Shown: positions 56,614 through 64,000 of the stretch, one piece after another | Layout: every line of letters starts with the position of its first letter | Position numbering within the stretch: position 1 is the first letter of the stretch | DNA from: Octopus vulgaris | Lineage: Eukaryota | Direction of reading: 5' to 3' | NCBI GenBank assembly: GCA_951406725.2 | Contig: OX597835.1 | Location: forward strand, 20,274,001 to 20,338,000 | Length of the DNA stretch: 64,000 nucleotides | Notes under the pieces: generated by a model | The model's database searches: none | What the model was told of the DNA's origin: nothing | The model's input: the letters and a program-made list of their open reading frames with translations, nothing else | Translations under genes and position numbers: made by a program

Positions 56614-57724
56614 TATATATATATATACATTTATATATACATATTTATAAATATATATATGTATATACATATACATATATATACATATATATATATTTAT
56701 ATATATGTGTGAATCTAAATTTTACTGAACTTATATATGTGTGTGTGTATATTTATATCAAAAAGAGCACTACATACATATATACACACACATACACACA
56801 CATACACACAGATACAAACAGATACACACACACACACATATATATTCTGTAACTGTTTGTGTGTAGATGGTGAACCTTATAAAGCAAAAGTGAAAGGAAT
56901 TCAAACAAGTTTCATGCTGTACAGAAAAAGAAATGAAATTATAAAAAAATGTACGATGCATTGCAAAAACAAAAACAAATACTGCTGAAAACACGTAAAC
57001 AAGATCCTGAGGCGTTGTTCGATAAAGACGCAAGAATTCATGATTTAAAACGTGTCTTCCAGGGAGAAATGACGATGAGAAATTTCAGAATAGCCTACAG
57101 GAATGTCACATATATTTCATTCCCTCCGTAATTGCGTATTCCTCAAACCCTCCAGAAAGTATGAAGGCGCATGAATATGTATATACGCATTCAAACTAAC
57201 GCACAAACGTATTTGGGTTAAGTGTCTATACACACTTAACTATACATATACACAGCCGACCGGCAAACGAACACCCACATACTGACGAATAAATAAATAG
57301 ATACAAATAGAGATCAAGAGATAAACAGATAGTGGAATACATTGCTGAGATATTAAAAGTTTCATCTAATATTCACCCCCGGCCACGCTGTTCAAGTTCA
57401 AAAAAAAAAAACCGCAGTCCTGGTTGGAAAGCAGAATAGACTGTCAATTTTTTTGATATAAAAAACTTATGTATTCCGAGCGGAAAACCTAATGAGTTAT
57501 ATATGAGTGCACATTGGTACTATATATCTTTGATTTCTGTTTCTGTTTGAGCACCATGTTATCATTTCTACAGCTTAAAGTGAATTTATATATGTGTGTG
57601 TATGTATGCATATATATAGATGTATATAGATCTATATATCTATATGTATGCATGTATACATATATATATATAGATGTCTATATCTATATATCTATATGTA
57701 TGTATATATATATATATATATATA

Positions 57725-57842
57725 TCATGATGACGTGACCGACCAGACCATCAGATGTTGCTACACATAGCTGGTCACAATGCGCTTCACATTGTTTTAG
57801 CCTTCGATAAACGCCACCCCGCGGGCTAAGCGAGCAGACCAG
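57725..57842. repeat. Short GC-balanced insert between (TA)n tracts, probably a retroelement 3' end
   Basis: Composition contrast, an ATC/ATG-like end and microsatellite flanks only. Confidence 0.3.
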
Positions 57843-57874
57843 TATATATATATATATACGGTTGTATATATATG

Positions 57875-57917
<43 letters not shown>

Positions 57918-58033
57918 ATATATATGTGTGTATATATATGTGTGTGTGTGTGTGTATATATCATATATATATATATATATGTATATATATGTATATATAT
58001 GTAGGTATATATATATATATATATATATATAGC

Positions 58034-58065
<32 letters not shown>

Positions 58066-58215
58066 AAATTAGATTCAGATGAATATGGTACTTAAGCTGA
58101 GGTACCAGAATTTAGTACGGTATTACCCATACAATTTCAAAGTAAGTGATTAAAATCAAAATAAGCAACAAGGATATCTAGAAATAATGCAGTGCCTCTG
58201 CATATCCTTGTAGCT

Positions 58216-58246
<31 letters not shown>

Positions 58247-58428
58247 CATACATACACAAACGCACTCAACGATAGGTAAATTATCAAGTTGACCATCCGC
58301 AATAGATAAGTACTTGCCCGTGGTTAAAGAGTTGTTTTGGTTCTTATCTCTAGCAATGCCAGTGCTGATTTGCCCGCCCATCTAGTTAATTTAGTGACGT
58401 TTGTAACTATATATATATAATGTTGGAG

Positions 58429-59068
58429 TTACCAGGATTTTAGGCGATTGTCGTGATGCTGTATGTAAGTGTGGAAAAACGCATGTAGTTTTATGTGGTG
58501 CAGGAACTGCCTGACATCAGTGCGGGTCCCAAATTCGTCGCAGAGGCGCTTGAGTGGTGTGAAGCGAAGACCTTTGCTAAGGAGTGAACATTCCGCAGCG
58601 GAGAGGGTAAGTTTGAGTGTTATAGTGACTACAGCGCATGGGACCAGGTGAGGAGAGGTGTGATTTCGGGGTGAGGGGTGCTGTGGTGTGGGGAAGGATT
58701 GGAGTGGATGGGTAGAGAGGTGGCGGGATGCAGATGTGTGAGGACGGGTTGGAGTAGATGAGTTGGTATGCGGTAGGGGAATGTCTTTTGTTTGGAAGCT
58801 GCAAGGGTGGGGGTACGGGTGGGAATGTTCGTATGTGGGGCGTGTGGTAGTGTGTATGGTGCAAGAGAGAGAAAGAGAGAGGGTGTGCTGATCGTAGGAG
58901 TGGGTGATGTCGGAGGAGCTGAAGAGTAGGGTGACGGAGTTGTGAGAGGAAGAAGGAGGGGGTGAAGGATTGAGAAGGCGGTGGAGTTTTCGGCTCTTTG
59001 TCTGTGTAAGGAAATTGTAGATTTGGTGGTTGAGTTCAAGGAGAAGCGGGGAATATGTTGGGTTAACA
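58429..59068 (-). mobile_element. Penelope-like element ORF N-terminal fragment
   Basis: Low-complexity linker followed by VVTITLKLTLSAAECSLLSKGLRFTP...DVRQFLHHIKLHAFF, matching the LSKGLxFxP motif upstream of PLE RTs. Confidence 0.75.
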
Positions 59069-59094
59069 GTGGACACACACACACACACACACGC

Positions 59095-59162
<68 letters not shown>

Positions 59163-59204
59163 ACATATTATACACCCACACTCACACGTATATTTATATA
59201 TGAA

Positions 59205-59435
59205 TGTATGATGACATTTCCCGTCGTTAGAGGACGTATGAGGGGTCGACAATTTCTCACCGAACGACCACACAGATGATTTCTTTACGGTGATCAAATA
59301 TTTGTGTAGACATAAACTCAGTCCCTCCATCAGATCGACATTACCTGCACAGGTGAAACAGGTGCCATGTGCCAGATGTCGAAATGATCGCAGAGCCCTG
59401 TCTAGGAATCGTACCCACAATCTCACAATCGTGGA
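59205..59435 (-). mobile_element. SINE-like element family H (partial tRNA head, distinct body)
   Basis: Reverse complement cacgattgtgagattgtgggtacgattcctagacagggc resembles the B/C/G head with B box. Single copy in the window. Confidence 0.5.
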
Positions 59436-59527
59436 ATATATATATATATGTTTTTTTTTATGGAATTGCTTTTTTTTATGTAATTGCTACATCAACGTTA
59501 GCAGAAAAATCCATGCGAGTGTATATA

Positions 59528-59757
59528 TATTTCTTTACTACCCACAAGGGGCTAAACATAGAGGGGACAAACAAGGAGAGACAAAGGGATTAAATCGATT
59601 ACATCGACCCAGTGCGAAACTGGTACTTTATTTATCGACCCCGAAAGGATGAATGGCAAAGTCGACCTCGGCGGAATTTGAACTCAAAACGTAACGACAG
59701 ACGAAATACGGCTACGCATTTCGCCCGGCGTGCTAACGATTCTACCAGCTCGCCGCC
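59528..59757 (-). mobile_element. SINE family D
   Basis: Reverse complement of 34678-34910. Confidence 0.88.
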
Positions 59758-59982
59758 TTAAATGCGAGTGTAGATAGGTTTACCACAGCCAATAATCGCG
59801 AAACGTCGAGAACTCATTAATGTGGTCCATTAACAATTTTCATCGCGCTAAACAATACTGTGCCAACAATGTTAGTCGCATTTGTGTATATGATTTTAGT
59901 CTTAGATATATATCAATATTAGTGAAGGCGATCACAGCAGTGGCGATATGAAACGGCAAGTTAAAAAAAAAAAATCAACATA

Positions 59983-60397
59983 GGCGCAGGAGTGGCTGTG
60001 TGGTAAGTAGCTTGCTAACCAGCCACATGGTTCCGGGTTCAGTCCCACTGCGTGGCATCTTGAGCAAGTGTCTTTTGCTATAGCCCCGGGCCGACCAAAG
60101 CCTTGTGAGTGGATTTGGTAGACGGAAACTGAAAGAAGCCTGTCGTATATATGTATATCTATATATGTATGCCTGTGTGTGTTTGTGTGTCTGTGTTTGT
60201 CCCCCTAGCATTGCTTGACAACCGATGCTGGTGTGTTTACGTCCCCGTGACTTAGCGGTTCGGCAAAAAGCGACCGATAGAATAAGTACTGGGCTTACAA
60301 AGAATAAGTCCCGGGGTCGATTTGCTCGATTAAAAAAGGCGGTGCTCCAGCATGGCCGCAGTCAAATGACTGAAACAAGTAAAAGAGTAAAAGAGTA
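59983..60397 (+). mobile_element. SINE family A, full length
   Basis: ggcgcaggagtggctgtgtggtaag ... aagagtaaaagagta. Confidence 0.92.
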
Positions 60398-60759
60398 TAC
60401 ATTAATAAAGTATTATTATTGTTGATTTTGGTTTTATTAAAACGTGTAGTGGTTACGACAAACAGTATTTCAGCAAGAACGTCAGAAGAAGGGAAATGAA
60501 CCAAGGTCTTCGCTGTTACGGTTACGGCAGCTTCTGATAACAGCCAAAGCTGAATGAATATCTATTGCTACAACATCTTATGACAATTTATGTCGTTGCA
60601 TTTGTGTTGTGTTTGTTTCAAAGAACGCGTGTGATATATGTGTAACAGAAACTATGATCCTGCGTGTATTTGTGAGTGTGCGGGTAAATGTGCTGGTTTA
60701 TGTAATATAGTTCTTATATAACGTATATTAATGTATTGATAGTATTCTCAGTACATGTT

Positions 60760-60827
<68 letters not shown>

Positions 60828-61142
60828 GTATGTATATATATATATAACATGTAAGTTTATATATATATACATATATGTATATGTTTATTATACAGTTATG
60901 TATATTGTTGGCCTATTCAAATATGCTTGAATGTGCTTATATTTAGCAATGTATTTTTCGGACCTGTGTGGAAATGACTGCGTGTGTTTATTTGTTTGTG
61001 TGTGCGAGTGTTTGTTTATATTTGTGAAAACAAGATTCAGAAATGAGTAAAATCCCCTGATTCAATCTAAAATACACGCACACGCGCACACACACACGCG
61101 CACACACACACATACATACACACAGATATACACATATAAATA

Positions 61143-61185
<43 letters not shown>

Positions 61186-61251
61186 CTATATATACATACA
61201 TACATACATATATACACATATATACAAACATACATATATATATATATGTAC

Positions 61252-61282
<31 letters not shown>

Positions 61283-61325
61283 TACATATATATATATACA
61301 CATATGCATATATATATATATACGT

Positions 61326-61411
<86 letters not shown>

Positions 61412-61433
61412 GCATACATATACGTACATATAC

Positions 61434-61472
<39 letters not shown>

Positions 61473-62484
61473 TTGAAAACATTTTTAAAACGCAGTAAAA
61501 TGCATCGAAGTTTTGATATGTTTCCAAGAATTTATTTTCAAGTGATAAAAAAAAAATACGTATACATAATCCAAAACACACATTCATATACACACCAACC
61601 TTATTAACCAAATACATTGACAAATACATGCAAATACGCTCGTATCAGTTGCCGTCCTCCTATGGATTCAATATTTGTTAAATATTCTAAGCGAGTGATA
61701 GATATTACATTCAGCTATAAAATACCGAACAAAAAGTTTTATGCCATAAACTGTTCATTATTTCAATTGGGAATATATAATATACAGTGACTTTGAAACT
61801 TAATTAATATCCAGCTGTCAAGAGTAGGTTTAAGCTTTGAGCTGATAAAGTCAAGGAAAAAACGAACATCGTAAAAATAAATTCTAAGTCAAGTTTTAAT
61901 GTTTCAAGTTTATGGGAGATGTTGACGGCATTTTGTTTATGATTATCTAGCTGGAAATCTATCGAACATATCTTACTGTATACGGAAAACACACACACAT
62001 ACACGTATTCTAATATATATCAGAGATACGTATGCGTGTTCGCATTTTATACCATATGGGAGTACTATGTATAGCTGTCTCTCACTACATTCAAATACAC
62101 ACATACACACACACATATTAAATTCTCTATTTCATATGCACATACTGGAAATTACGCGTGTTTAGAAATACATATAGACATCAATGTATATCAATCTAAA
62201 ATAGTTTGTGTTTAAAATACGATTTATAAGTTCTGTAGTATACCTGTGCAGTCAAAAGTAACTATATTTTGAATAAAACGAAATTCAACTAGCATTAACG
62301 AATGTGTAATCTATGCATTGTACATAGATATATTTATAAGCCTGATTAACATGACAAAGCATTGGTACGTTCTATGGAATACATATAGTCATGCTTAAGT
62401 AAATCCATATTCTGTTACAATTTTTGCGAAAATGATTTTCTTTATCATCAATTCATTCCCCGTACGATCTATAGATTGTTAGCT

Positions 62485-62716
62485 CTCAGTCCGTTACGAT
62501 GACGAGGGTTTCAGATGATCCGATCAACGGAACAGCACGCTCGGGAAATTAACGTGCAAGTGGCTGAGCACTCCACAGACACGTGTACCCTTAACGTAGT
62601 TCTCAGGGAGATTCAGCGTGACACAGAGTGTGACAAGGCTGGCCCTATGAAATACAGCTACAGCAGAAACAGTAAGAAATAGTGAGAGAAAGTTGAGGTG
62701 AAAGAGTAATGCAGGG
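62485..62716 (-). mobile_element. SINE family B, 5'-truncated
   Basis: Matches the 3' part of 15664-15900. Confidence 0.85.
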
Positions 62717-62817
62717 TTCTCTATATTTATCTTGTTGCATAAGAAGGTATTACGTACATGATATTTTTGAGCAGCTGCTAATCACGTGTGAGGACGTCCA
62801 CAGGAATATGTATGTAT

Positions 62818-63044
62818 CTCTTTTACTTTTTTACTTGTTTCAGTCATTTGACTGTGGCCATGCTGGAGCACCGCCTTTAGTCGAGCAAATCGACCCCGGG
62901 ACTTATTCTTTGTAAGCCCAGTACTTATTCTATCGGTCTCATTTACCGAACCGCTAAGTGACAGGGACATAAACACACCAGCATCGGTTGTCAAGCAATG
63001 CTAGGGGGACAAACACAGACACACGAACACATACACATACATAC

Positions 63045-63092
<48 letters not shown>

Positions 63093-63255
63093 TACGACAG
63101 GCTTCTTTCAGTTTCCATCTACCAAATCCACTCACAAAGCATTGGTCGGCCCGGGGCTATAGCAGAAGACACTTGCCCAAGATGCCACGCAGTGGGACTG
63201 AACCCGGAACCACGTGGTTGGTTAGCAAGCTACTTACCAAACAGCCACTCCTGCG
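62818..63255 (-). mobile_element. SINE family A, full length
   Basis: Reverse copy with internal microsatellite. Confidence 0.92.
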
Positions 63256-63311
63256 TATGTGTACATGCATGTATGTATGTATGCAATTATAAAAGTACTA
63301 CATTGTGGATT

Positions 63312-63788
63312 GTGGAGGTGCAATGGCCCAGTGGTTAGGGTAGCGGACTCATAGTCGTAGCATCGCGGTTTCGATTCCCAGACCGGGCATTGTGAATGTT
63401 TATTGAGCGAAAGCACCTAAAGTACCACGATGCTCCGGCAGGTGTGTTGAACCCTGCTGTAGTCTTTCACCACAACTTTCTCTCACTTAGCCTTCTTGTT
63501 TCTGCTGTACCTGTATTTCAAAGAGCCAGCATTGTCACACTCTGTGCCACGCTGAATCTCCCCGTGAACTACGTTAAGGGTACACGTGTCTGTGCAGAGC
63601 TCAGCCACTTGCACATTAATAAACGAGCTGCGACGTCACTGGTGCCAAGCTGTATCGGCCTTTCCCTTTCCCTTGGGTAACACCGGTGGCGTGGAGAGGG
63701 GAGGCTGGTATGCGTTGGCGACTGCTGATCTTCCATAAACAACTTTCTAGCTGCGATCCCATGGTCAGTTATGTCCGAAGCGGGGTCA
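63312..63788 (+). mobile_element. Chimeric SINE: family B head/body plus family C 3' half
   Basis: B sequence runs to cagccacttgcacattaat (~63620), then gagctgcgacgtcactggtgccaagctgtatc... as in 3298-3487. Confidence 0.85.
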
Positions 63789-64000
63789 CAACAACATTGT
63801 GAATTATTAAAATAATTATTACTGTATATCATTGTCATTCACACGATGAGAGCTGCTAAAGTCTCCCGTTAAATTTGATACAAGTATCAGTTAAGTAGGA
63901 AGCGGTGATAAATCACCGACACATTTTTGTAATACTATACTTGATACCTTTATAGTAGCCATCATTTCTTCGGTACCATTGGCGCATGATTAGCCCTGCC

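Noticed and set aside
58429-59426. 250/265-aa ORFs as host genes
   Set aside because: Composite of a SINE, a microsatellite and a Penelope-like fragment.

Overview
AT-rich, microsatellite-saturated animal genomic DNA with no host protein-coding exon, rRNA or genuine tRNA gene that I can support. The long YI/HT/CV ORFs are artefacts of (TA)n/(CA)n tracts. The repeat content resembles an octopus/cephalopod intergenic or large-intron region (inferred from recalled SINE families, not verified). Contents: (i) several tRNA-headed SINE families (my labels A, B, C, D, G, H) with exchanged modules, some with clean TSDs; (ii) decayed non-LTR retrotransposons (RTE, Dong/R4-like, Penelope-like); (iii) DNA transposons: a rearranged mariner, mariner-derived MITEs, a piggyBac-type MITE, a non-autonomous Helitron, and a GG-terminated, 8-bp-TSD MITE carrying telomeric (CCCTAA)n repeats; (iv) about ten minimal type-I hammerhead-ribozyme motifs. 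The hammerheads are the most notable signal. They lie in short, unrelated modules set in (TA)n tracts, several as inverted pairs and one linked to a tRNA-like Pol III head. One copy (7431-7473) looks structurally intact. Coordinates were read by eye, and ends of decayed elements are approximate.
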